Source: Balanoglossus misakiensis (lineage: Eukaryota; Animalia; Hemichordata). From it: 64,000 bases of DNA. The notes beneath the pieces were generated by a model. That model searched no databases. It was given only the letters and a program-made list of their open reading frames with translations, and was not told the origin of the DNA. Shown here piece by piece: positions 38,154-64,000 of the stretch. The stretch covers positions 11,932,775 through 11,996,774 of the forward strand of contig CM082584.2 in the NCBI GenBank assembly GCA_040954595.2, read 5' to 3'. Numbering within the stretch: the stretch's first letter is position 1; the number at the start of each line of letters is the position of its first letter. The position numbers and the translations under genes are program-made.

Positions 38154-39550
38154 TCATTCAGGCGGTAGAGGAATCCCGACGGCATTTTGCATGGCTTTTC
38201 TGGCTTCCTCTTTCTGCCTCAATGTGCAGAAGTCCTGAAATCATGAAGGAGATCACACAAATGTATTGAGTGTTATTTAAATGTACCAGAACAATCTCAG
38301 GTTTATGTAGTATATATATATGCGTAATCTGCAAACACCCCTTGGGCATAAATTCATACCTCAAGGAAGACGGCAGCCAGATTGCTGATCCTAGGGTTGG
38401 ATGACTGTTGAAACCGCTGCATAGACTGGATGACTGGTATGGCAGTGATCTCTGTGAATGTAATGGAATGAGACATGGGAATTTTGTGGCAAATGTATGT
38501 GTGCTAGAATTTGAAGGAAAATTACAAATCTGAACACCATCTTACCTTGCTTTGTATTGGGTGACATCAAATACAACAGACAAGTGATGGCCGAGATGAC
38601 TATTTCATCATTAGAACTGTGGGGACAAAAGGAAGAACAAAAGTCTTGGGTATGAAATGTATGCAACAATTACTTCCATATCTCCATCATGGAGAAGGAA
38701 ATTGTTCTGAGACTTGCCTTGAGAGAGTTGACAGAATCTGTGAAATACCATTATGTCTGGTGATCTGGTCTTTGCTTTTATCATCTGGAAAAAAGTAGAT
38801 ATGAGGAATGAAACTTGATATCACAGTACAGGCAAATACAATAATGCTAAAAGATTAATGTGGACCTCAGTGAATAATATGGACTAGTTTATAACTTTAA
38901 CTTACAAAGAGCAAGATTACAAAGTCCACCGAGAGCAAACTCCACTAATTGTTCTGATGTTTCCTCCAGCATATCTGCAAGTAAAAGATGAGAAGATGAC
39001 ATTATGAGAAGTTTTGGTAAAATTCATATATTCATGGAGTTATAGTCACAGACAGCAGTCTTGATACTTTGCACAGTCATACTCACCCAAGAACAGATCC
39101 ACCACATTTAACTGTGTGAGATATTCTGAATTCACAGGATCATATGCAAAGTTTGCCAGGTTGGCCAGTATTTGTTCTTTGGAATCTGAGGAAAGAAAGG
39201 AAAATAAACTATTCGATATCTCACATGAGATTTTGACATGTATGACTTACATACAGCTCTAATTCACATATACCATATATGGCATATGTAAATGTGATTG
39301 GCCAAACTTCATGCATATGGCGCCTGTGGCCAAATTTGCATATGGGTGACCATACATACGCAAAACTGTTATATGACACTGTAAGTAACTTAATGGGTGG
39401 GGTCGTATGACACTCCCCTCCCCCGGTTTGTCAGCTTGGTCCCTGCAACATGATAATCATAGTTTCGAGGGTTTACTTCTAAAACACACCGTCATTGCTA
39501 TCCTTTGCAAACTCGCAGATCAGCTGTTGCAAGAACTCAAATCGATCCAT
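38154..39550 (-). CDS. ARMC7: Armadillo repeat-containing protein 7
   Basis: Exons (minus strand): 39550-39490 ([14 protein letters not shown]), 39185-39087 ([16 protein letters not shown]), 38974-38906 ([12 protein letters not shown]), 38784-38718 (GC donor), 38616-38546 ([13 protein letters not shown]), 38451-38360 ([12 protein letters not shown]), 38234-38154 (DFC..GIPLP, TGA). The motifs match ARMC7. Confidence 0.92.
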
Positions 39551-40002
39551 CTTGCGATCAGCGAGATGACAGATAGAGATCTTAAACTTGGGGAATTGTA
39601 CAGACTCTCAACGCTCTGGCCGTTGACCGTGAATCCCATATGACATCTCTTCCGGTGTCCTTGTAACAACGTGCCTTGTATCACATGAGAGAGGTCGGGC
39701 TGATGTAATGTACATGTGTAGGTGTATTTGTAATAGCGCCATCTTGTGATCGGGTAAAGAGAGAACGATTTACTTGAGCCAACTATTAAAGAAAATCAAT
39801 TCCATGGTGGTTTCTGTACTCTCAACAGTTTAAACGCACCCAAAGAGCCAAGCTGGCATTCATGCAAAGGGCAGACAGTGCGCCTGTGGGTAAAAACAAG
39901 GAAGAACTTCACCCACAGCGTTTCCCCGAGAGCCTCCGAAGATTTCCGAATGTAGACCTACAGGAACAGTCCACCGTAGAAAATTATCAGTTCCCCAGTA
40001 AA

Positions 40003-54710
<14,708 letters not shown>

Positions 54711-56840
54711 AACCAGGATGGAAGAGGACAAAAATGTAGAAAAAATCTTAAATGTATTGTAGAACTGGAAAAAAAAAAGTGACGGCTTTTGTAAAGTCCT
54801 GGATAATTGTGCAACAGCAAACCCCCCAAAACTCAGTATTTTGTGTAGTTTTTAGTCACTGTAGCTGTACTTATTTGTATTGTGTGAACTAAACTGTTTT
54901 TTTTCTGTTTTACTCAAGATAATTTACATACAACGAGACAATATAAATATTTTAATTTAATAAGAAATTCGAGTTGATAGAAAAGTTTAGAGGCTTGCCA
55001 AAAGAACACACGTCATCATCAAACACTGTGCATAATTTGGTTTCTTGTGAGTGGGTAAAACAGCCTTGAATATGTTACTTTGCCACCCATCGTCCCATTG
55101 CATATTTTTTGGAGTCAGCAAATGGATCAGGGTAAAGTATAGAGTCCACTTGTGGCTCTCTGTTGTGGCGTCAACACCATGGTTGTGCAGATGTCTGGGT
55201 GGTTGAATGTGAATGGTTTGATCATCATGACCTTTGTTAATTTAGACACCTTGAAATGTGTCGTGATCTTTGATGACAAATGTGTGTTCAGCATGAATTA
55301 ATAAGATATCAGTACTTGTTTGAATTTGTTAACATTATTATCTTTTATGGTTGGTTTATATTTTGTCAGCTGTTGGTTAATTTGTAGCAATGTTATTTTT
55401 TTATTGAAATTTAATGATAGGATTTCATCCTGTGGCTGAACAGTTGTGTTGTGTTTTCAACAGACAGAGCATGAACTTTGTTCAGGTCATCTCATAGTTT
55501 CATCAAGCTCAAGGGTATCACCCCTGCCCAGAGAAATTAGAACAGGCATATCGCAAAATGTTCACATTTCTGATTGGTTTTCTGATGGCCAACGACCTTT
55601 GACCTTAAGAAGTTCCAAGATGGCCGCCAAATTTGTTATTTTATTGTTTTGTTTTGTTTTTATGTTAAAGACCTTGCTGAGTCACTGCCTAGAAAGGCTT
55701 CTAAGTGTGTCCATCATAATGTACCAATCAAATTGGATAGTTTAGTAGGGAAATCCCAGATGTAGTGTAATTAATGTAATATTTGTACAGGGTGCTTTAG
55801 GTTGAACCATGGACAGCTTTCTAATCTCCTTGGTGAAAAGTCCATCAATCGCTCTCCCAGATCTGGTTGCCAATCTGTAACAACACTTTTATTTTGTACT
55901 TTTTTTTTCCATTTACATACAGCATTGATATGACCATTCATTTTTAACTGTCAGAGAACTTGTCCAAATACTTCGACATTCATCAGATGACTATTATGAA
56001 GGTGTACAGATGCATGTCAAAAACTTTCTTCTCTCTGTTCAACAGAAATGACAAAAAAAAAACAGTAAGGACTTTGAGCTATTTCATGTATAGATATCTA
56101 TGAGTAAATAGTGTAGTTGATATTTTTCGGCCTTTGTGTGCCATGTGCTGAAGACTAGTGTTTTCCCTCGTGCTGTGGCCTGTATATAGCTTTTATCAAC
56201 TAAATGGAAGTTTGTGCCGGAAAAATGCAAAAAGCCAGAAAGAATATATTTATGAAATCTTGTTAAGCACATGTCTTTGACCCTGTTACGGCTCCCCAAA
56301 CCTTGGAAATTTTTCATCAGTGGGTTTGTTACAGCCAGCAGTAAACAGGTAAATTTTACCGGTGTAACTCGCAGCATGTCCAGTTAGTTGTTCATGGAAA
56401 ACTTAGATGGTCAGATGGTCAAGGTCAGCATTAGAAATATGGAAGTCCATGCAAACACTGGCATTTAACCGGTATTAGTAGTAGGATATAATCCTGTGAG
56501 GTACTTTATCAAAAACATGGAAAAGTTGACATAGTATTTTCATGCATGTGCTTTCCAAACTGCAACTAAATAAATATGATCTATTTCATAAATGTTGTCT
56601 GTATTGTTTTTTCTTGCAGTTCTATTTTCGTGCTGCGATGTCCAAGGACATCACAAATGTCATACATTGGATTAAAGTGCGCCCTAAGTTTATAATAAGT
56701 ATACCTTTATTCACGGAAAGGGAGATACATGTATATTTTTTTTAGAAAAACTATATACTGTATGTGTGACTTGGAGAGTTGAAATATCTATTTACAATCA
56801 ATGGCACTTGATGAAATATTCTACAATTTTGGTCTGTGTG

Positions 56841-58028
56841 TCAACAATTGGTCAGAACTATGCAATCTGGTAAAGCAACTTTCACATCATCAATGACTTC
56901 AACCGCTTTTGGAATACTCGTGATGTCCAAATACTTGAGTGATTTCAGATTCTTAGAGAGGTTTGTCAGGCCCGCATTGGAAATGTGAGAACACTCGGCC
57001 ACACTCAGCCAGCGAAGACCTGTCAGGATGCACAAGCTAGCGGCACCAGCGTCGGTTAGAGAGCTGCACTTTGACAGGTTCAACTTTTCCAGCTTCTTCA
57101 GATTCCTGCTGATGTGATGAAGACTGAGGTCGGTGATGTCACACTCCGCTATCTCCAAGACTCGCAGGTCTTGCAATGTTTCAGTGACATGCTGTATTCC
57201 GGCGTCATTGACTCTGTAACAGTGGTTGAGTTTCAGTTCCTTGATCAGTCGCCTGTTGCAGATGTCCTTGAGGTCGACCGTTGAGACTCTGGAGCAAGAA
57301 CTCAGGTCGAGACACTCCAGTTTGGGCATCATGGTTTCATCGGAACTCAAGTCTTGGAACCACTGCTTTGGCAATTCACACGACTGAAGGACCAACGACA
57401 GAAGGCTACTCGGAAGAGCGCTGGCGTCCAATGAATGGAAATTTGCTTCCACAATCTCAAGATGGCTAAGATTAGGACATCGCTCTTTCAAATCTTGCAA
57501 GACGGCATTCGAAAGACACTCTGTCTTCCGCACTGAGTGAAGAAATCCCTTCAACTTGAGCGATTTCAGAGTTGATGAGAAGTGGTTTCGGATCACTTTC
57601 CACACGCTGCGTAGGTCCACTCTGTATTTTTGCAGATCCACATGTCGCCAGAGTAACTTGTCATTGCTTAACCTGTTCCATGACTTGCAAACCCTGTGAA
57701 TGAGGCATATAGAGAACAAGATTGGTTTCATTGATAGAAATATGACCACTGGATCATCATCATCATCATCATCATCAAGAACGCCAGCCTTCTTCAGCAA
57801 AGAAATAAAAACAAAACCATGGCAATACTAAATAAACCTAATTAACTATTAGACACGACAATAAACGTACCTTGCAATCCTACAAATATCTCTAGGGTCT
57901 AGATAGTAAAATATTTCAAGCATTATGTTATCGGGTAGCATGCCGAAGACACTGTCTGAAAGTGATTGGTCGCTCAGAAGTTGACTCTTCTCCATGGCAA
58001 CTGCCTTGGATGCCCCACGCCTTGCCAT
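56841..58028 (-). CDS. FBXL12: F-box/LRR-repeat protein 12-like
   Basis: Exon 1 58028-57871 (LPDNIMLEIFYYL F-box) and exon 2 ~57693-56841 (RVCKSWNRL..LLWRHVDL..CPNL..LPSSLLSLVLQSCE, followed by cysteine-containing LRRs). Collinear motif match to FBXL12. Confidence 0.8.
57754..57776. repeat. (CAT)n microsatellite in the FBXL12 intron
   Basis: atcatcatcatcatcatcatca; produces the spurious poly-Asp in the 56841-57800 ORF call. Confidence 0.85.
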
Positions 58029-58277
58029 GACGTCAATGTCAAGAATGCAAATATCACAGTATGTCCTTTCAGCGTCAAGAATTGATGCCAATACTTGTTT
58101 TACCAAAGTATTCTCGCTGCCGGCCCCGGCTAACCTGGAATTTATCAGCTTTAGTCCTAAAAAAGGCTAAGGTAAGGTCATCTTTAGGTCACGATGCCTG
58201 TTTGGTTTTTCATTTCTCCAGTGCAATCAAATGCGGAAGTCGTTGGAGTAGAGAAACAACAGTCGACGAATGACAAC

Positions 58278-58661
58278 ATGGCGAGTTCAGGAGATGCAGT
58301 CGTGGATATCGACAAGGTTAGTGTTTTGTAGTTTTGCCAGCGAAAGCGGTGTATTTTGTGCGATCAGTATAACCGAAAGCAGAGTATGTAATGTACCAGT
58401 TTCAATGGGAATTGAAAGTTTTTGAAGAGCTGATGCGATTTCAGTACCGATACACGATTTCTGCACTGTGTTCAGTCTCCATCACATCTGTGCCACGTCA
58501 CGTGTACAATATCTGAACCATCTCTTTGCTGTGTCGTGGCCACTAAAATACTGTTTATTCCCATTGTAGGATAAAGATGAGGTTTCTACCGATGACTTGA
58601 AATTTCAAGGTATGCAACTTATCCGTTTGATTTCACTGCCCGCCCCTCTTTCTATCTCACT

Positions 58662-58708
<47 letters not shown>

Positions 58709-60942
58709 ATGAAGATGATAACTAACGTCGGCAATAATCAGAGAAAATGGCTGGTTTATGAAATGTGAGAAGTCATTTCCACAGCTTTGATTAAATATGG
58801 TCACAGTACTAGTATCTTCATCAGTTTACTTCGATCTGAGTGGATAATAATTTACTCTGCCAGCAAAATCTATGATTCACTCTGTGTAAAGTATATGCCT
58901 TCACAATATCCTCACATTTCATTGATGCAGATTTCAGTGACAGTAACATAGAAGCTGACAGAGATGGTGGACAGACACACAACTTTGATAATTATCCCAG
59001 CGGGGATGAGGAGGAAGATGAGGGAGACAAGACAGAGGTCAGTCAAAATATTTTTATCATTCTCTTTGTTTAGTATACAAAGCATCACTTCTGTGCAGCT
59101 GTCAATCATATCACGGTGGTGAGAGATAAAGATAAATTTACCCACCAGCTACCTGTTATTATAATAATCATGCCCTTTAAGATCAATATATATATATTGA
59201 TTTGGAAGTACATATTCTTTCTTTGCAGTTGCTCACAGGACAAAAGAAGCCACCATCGTTTTGGACATTTGAGTACTACCAGACTTTCTTTGATGTTGAA
59301 ACCTATCAGGTAAAATATCAAGTGCCCTGCATAATAGAATGGGTTCACTTCTAAATTAAAGTTTCTGTCATTGATAAAGGAAATTTTGACTCGTGCATGA
59401 CGATCACGTGAATGTTTCCCATTGTAGGTGTTGAGGAGGTTGCTTGGATCATTTTTTCCGAAGCCGAGCAAGAATTTCCGTGATGAAGTCCGGGCAAATC
59501 CAGATCTCTATGGTAACTGTTTTTTTTTTCAAATAATTTGTTGGTAAAGGATGTTCATTCATGAGAAGTCGTGTCCCAAGTGCTGTACATGTATCCTGTA
59601 TCTCAATTTGTTTCTATTTGTAACAGGGCCATTCTGGGTATGTATAACACTGGTGTTCACAACAGCCATTACTGGGGATCTCTCCAATTACTTTGCAACA
59701 GCAGGACATCCAGACTTGGAGTGGCATCCAGACTTTAAAAAAGGTCAGTGTTCTGTTTTAGAGAAACACAATTATCGCAAATATTCCATCACAGAATGAA
59801 TCGCCCATGATTACAGACTTATTTTCCTATCTCTATCTTATCATATTCTTCACTTCTGTTTACATTTTATTTCCAGTTTCCATAGCAGCGACAGCCATAT
59901 TTTGCTACTGGTGGTTTGTGGGATCAGCTTTGTGGGGCGTATTGTCATGGAGACACAGTCCAGCTGGCTACGGCTATTTAGAAATCATCTGTATATATGG
60001 CTATTCCTTATTTATCTACATACCAGTATCGGTGAGTTTTCATTTTAAAAGAATAATCAGCTTGTCACAATTGTGTTGTATATGATCGCAAATTTTCAGG
60101 TGGCATATTTTTTGTTGCTGGACAGAGTTTAGGGTAAATCTGTGATACGCTATTATGTGAGAAATTTCTCGCTCTTTCTCACTCACTGATCATTATTTTT
60201 TGATACATTCCAGTTTCTGTACGTGATTCCAGTTGCCTGGGTTCAGTGGGTGTTGCTGATCCTTGCCTTGTTGCTGTCGGGTACGGTGTTGTTGTTGACA
60301 TTCTGGCCGGCCGTCAGAGAAGACAACAAGAAAATAGCCATCGCTGTCATGGTGGCTATCTTCCTCTTGCATGCTACTCTAGCCGTAGGATTCAAGGTGA
60401 GATTTCTACTCTAGTTGTTGTGGTGTTAACCCTATCACCACCATGATATTATGTCAACCAATTGACTTCCTTCGAAAGGTGAGTTTCTTGAACACTAGAA
60501 GACTACACGCCAAAAGTTACACAAAATATCTTTAAGAGTTAAAAGAAGTTTGTTAAAATGTCACCTTCTGCTTCCGTTGCAGTTTTACTTTTTCAATGCA
60601 CCAGAGATCATCAACACGGCCACCGTTGGACCACCCACCACCGTCCACCAGCAACCCATCATTCCACACCAGCCAACAGCACCGCTGCAACAGAACGTAG
60701 CAGACGCCATGCCATTGCAGCTTCTGAACGCTCCCATGTAAGTATTAATGTCGATTTCTCACTTGCAAGAACCAGTGATTTAAAACCTTTGGATTCAACT
60801 TATTGATGTGGCTGGGGAAAGAAACTTTGTCTGGTATTCAAACATGCTGATGCAGTGATTGTCAGGATCTGATTCCTTTTGACTCTTGAACTCAGCACAC
60901 AATATTCTATCTTGTTTCAGAATGAACGCGAGTGGTATTTAG
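58278..60942 (+). CDS. YIPF1: Yip1 domain family protein (YIPF1/YIPF2 co-ortholog)
   Basis: Exons 58278-58316, 58570-58609, 58931-59037, 59229-59309 (FWTFEYYQTFFDVET), 59428-59512 (NPDLY), 59627-59743 (GPFWVCITLVF), 59877-60031 (CIYGYSLFIYIPVS), 60214-60396, 60583-~60737 and a probable last exon 60921-60942. The C-terminus could instead end at TAA 60741. Confidence 0.9.
58664..58706. repeat. (GA)n microsatellite plus G-run in YIPF intron 2
   Basis: agagagag... for about 16 units, followed by a poly-G run. Confidence 0.9.
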
Positions 60943-61787
60943 ATGCCAAGAAGGATTAGCCTTTGAATAATTTATTTCTGCATGAAGATTGTTGGTGATG
61001 CAGGGCTGAGGGGTTGATGCCGAGGACCTGAAACGACTGGACATCATAGTTCCATGAGTGAGTCTGATCCAATCAACCTCGGGCAGCTGACTTTTGGTAC
61101 AGTCGTCATATACTGTAAAACGTGTCGAAAGACCTTATTTTCAAGCCCTGTCTTGTGTTTTATATTGATTATTCATCAAAGATTTCAAAGTGAAGTTTAT
61201 ACAAGTGCAATCCAAAACCAATGTCACGATATGTATTTCACCAATCACCATTTTTTTTCAACTAAAGCGAGTCAAATTGTGTGATACGGGAAAAATTATT
61301 GTAAGAAAAATATTCAGCAGATGGGGTTTAGGGTTCTTTGAAGTGATTATGTATGTAGAAAATTAATAAGAAGTGTATTTCAGTCAAGCTCTGTTACGTA
61401 TCCATTTTCAACTTACTGTTACAATTTGTATGGATCCACAACACAACTGCATGCTGGGAGATTCAGTGTTCAGACAGACCACTCAAAGTCAAAAACTCTT
61501 GTAAACGCAGACATAATAGTCTACATATGAAATGTTTACTCAAGTATTTATTTCACAGCCATCCAGGCTACGGTACATTCTCTTACAAGAATTTTTTGTT
61601 AACTTGATTTTATGTATTATGTAAGTGGGAGTTTTGCATGCCACTTGGGATTGGTTATGAATATAATGTAAGAATGCTTACATGTTTTTTATATGGTAAT
61701 AAGCTGTAAATAAATCATGCCAGAGAAAGTGCAAAGTAAAAGGAATAGTTTTGTGTCAATTTTTTTTCCCCTGTTAATGATTTTTCT

Positions 61788-64000
61788 AAGTCGAAAAATC
61801 CTCGATTTTCGAACATTTTCCTGAGCTATAACCCATGGTTTTTTCAAAAAATGACCAAATTTTGAAAATTCGAAAAGTCGAAAAATCCTCGATTTTCGAA
61901 CATTTTCCTGAGCTATAACCCATGGTTTTTTCAAAAAATGACCAAATTTTGAAAATTCGAAAAGTCGAAAAATCCTCGATTTTCGAACATTTTCCTGAGC
62001 TATAACCCATGGTTTTTTCAAAAAATGACCAAATTTTGAAAATTCGAAAAGTCGAAAAATCCTCGATTTTCGAACATTTTCCTGAGCTATAACCCATGGT
62101 TTTTTCAAAAAATGACCAAATTTTGAAAATTCGAAAAGTCGAAAAATCCTCGATTTTCGAACATTTTCCTGAGCTATAACCCATGGTTTTTTCAAAAAAT
62201 GACCAAATTTTGAAAAGTCGAAAAGTCGAAAAATCCTCGATTTTCGAACATTTTCCTGAGCTATAACCCATGGTTTTTTCAAAAAATGACCAAATTTTGA
62301 AAAGTCGAAAAGTCGAAAAATCCTCGATTTTCGAACATTTTCCTGAGCTATAACCCATGGTTTTTTCAAAAAATGACCAAATTTTGAAAAGTCGAAAAGT
62401 CGAAAAATCCTCGATTTTCAAACATTTTCCTGAGCTATAACCCATGGTTTTTTCAAAAAATGACCAAATTTTGAAAATTCGCAAAGTCGAAAAATCCTCG
62501 ATTTTCGAACATTTTCCTGAGCTATAACCCATGGTTTTTTCAAAAAATGACCAAATTTTGAAAATTCGCAAAGTCGAAAAATCCTCGATTTTCGAACATT
62601 TTCCTGAGCTATAACCCATGGTTTTTTCAAAAAATGACCAAATTTTGAAAATTCGCAAAGTCGAAAAATCCTCGATTTTCGAACATTTTCCTGAGCTATA
62701 ACCCATGGTTTTTTCAAAAAATGACCAAATTTTGAAAATTCGCAAAGTCGAAAAATCCTCGATTTTCGAACATTTTCCTGAGCTATAACCCATGGTTTTT
62801 TCAAAAAATGACCAAATTTTGAAAATTCGCAAAGTCGAAAAATCCTCGATTTTCGAACATTTTCCTGAGCTATAACCCATGGTTTTTTCAAAAAATGACC
62901 AAATTTTGAAAATTCGCAAAGTCGAAAAATCCTCGATTTTCGAACATTTTCCTGAGCTATAACCCATGGTTTTTTCAAAAAATGACCAAATTTTGAAAAT
63001 TCGCAAAGTCGAAAAATCCTCGATTTTCGAACATTTTCCTGAGCTATAACCCATGGTTTTTTCAAAAAATGACCAAATTTTGAAAATTCGAAAAGTCGAA
63101 AAATCCTCGATTTTCGAACATTTTCCTGAGCTATAACCCATGGTTTTTTCAAAAAATGACCAAATTTTGAAAATTCGAAAAGTCGAAAAATCCTCGATTT
63201 TCGAACATTTTCCTGAGCTATAACCCATGGTTTTTTCAAAAAATGACCAAATTTTGAAAATTCGAAAAGTCGAAAAATCCTCGATTTTCGAACATTTTCC
63301 TGAGCTATAACCCATGGTTTTTTCAAAAAATGACCAAATTTTGAAAATTCGCAAAGTCGAAAAATCCTCGATTTTCGAACATTTTCCTGAGCTATAACCC
63401 ATGGTTTTTTCAAAAAAATGACCAAATTTTGAAATTCGCAAAGTCGAAAAATCCTCGATTTTCGAACATTTTCCTGAGCTATAACCCATGTTTTTTTCAA
63501 AAAATGACCAAATTTTGAAAATTCGCAAAGTCGAAAAATCCTCGATTTTCGAACATTTTCCTGAGCTATAACCCATGGGTTTTTTCAAAAAATGACCAAA
63601 TTTTGAAAATTCGAAAAGTCGAAAAATCCTCGATTTTCGAACATTTTCCTGAGCTATAACCCATGGTTTTTTCAAAAAATGACCAAATTTTGAAAATTCG
63701 AAAAGTCGAAAAATCCTCGATTTTCGAACATTTTCCTGAGCTATAACCCATGGTTTTTTCAAAAAATGACCAAATTTTGAAAATTCGAAAGTCGAAAAAT
63801 CCTCGATTTTCGAACATTCTCATGAGATGTGTCTATAACCATGGTTTTTTCAAAAAATGACCAAATTTTGAAAATTCGAAAAGTCGAAAAATCTCGAATT
63901 TTCGAACTCTCAACGATGTGTTCTCTTGGTTTTTTTTTTTTTCAAAAAATGACCAAATTTTGGGAAAATTCGAAAAGTCGAAAAATCCTCGAATTTTCGA
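61788..64000. repeat. 87-bp tandem satellite array (~25 copies, runs off the window end)
   Basis: Unit aagtcgaaaaatcctcgattttcgaacattttcctgagctataacccatggttttttcaaaaaatgaccaaattttgaaaattcgaa. Copies are near-identical and give the 29-aa repeats seen in the ORF track. Confidence 0.98.

Noticed and set aside
61689-63823. Long minus-strand ORFs (226-658 aa) with 29-aa repeats
   Set aside because: They are translations of the 87-bp satellite, which happens to lack stops in two frames. They are not CRISPR either, since there are no unique spacers.

Overview
Eukaryotic, intron-rich genomic DNA from an animal, probably a marine invertebrate deuterostome (inferred from gene content and intron positions). 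Most short ORFs in the track are noise, so I rebuilt genes by hand from splice sites and reading frame. From left to right: (1) two tandem Cys-loop receptor subunit genes of the nicotinic alpha9/alpha10-like type, both lacking the vicinal loop C cysteines. The first has a tandemly duplicated, frame-incompatible (mutually exclusive) exon covering loop E, the Cys-loop and loop B. (2) A CD225/dispanin gene. (3) A compact housekeeping block: FBXO4(-), RPL37(+), ARMC7(-), AMPK alpha/PRKAA(+), FBXL12(-), YIPF1/2(+). (4) An 87-bp satellite array running off the right end. Intron 1 of the AMPK gene holds an apparently intact ~6.2-kb Kolobok-type DNA transposon. It has two convergent spliced genes: a 10-exon THAP + DDE transposase and a 3-exon Cys-rich protein resembling the P2X7 cytoplasmic (ballast) domain. 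Both genes are preceded by the same 16-bp CRE-containing motif in inverted orientation. One AMPK kinase-domain exon is replaced by a fold-back inverted duplication, which is either an assembly artefact or a real lesion. All family assignments come from motif recognition by eye; no searches were run.
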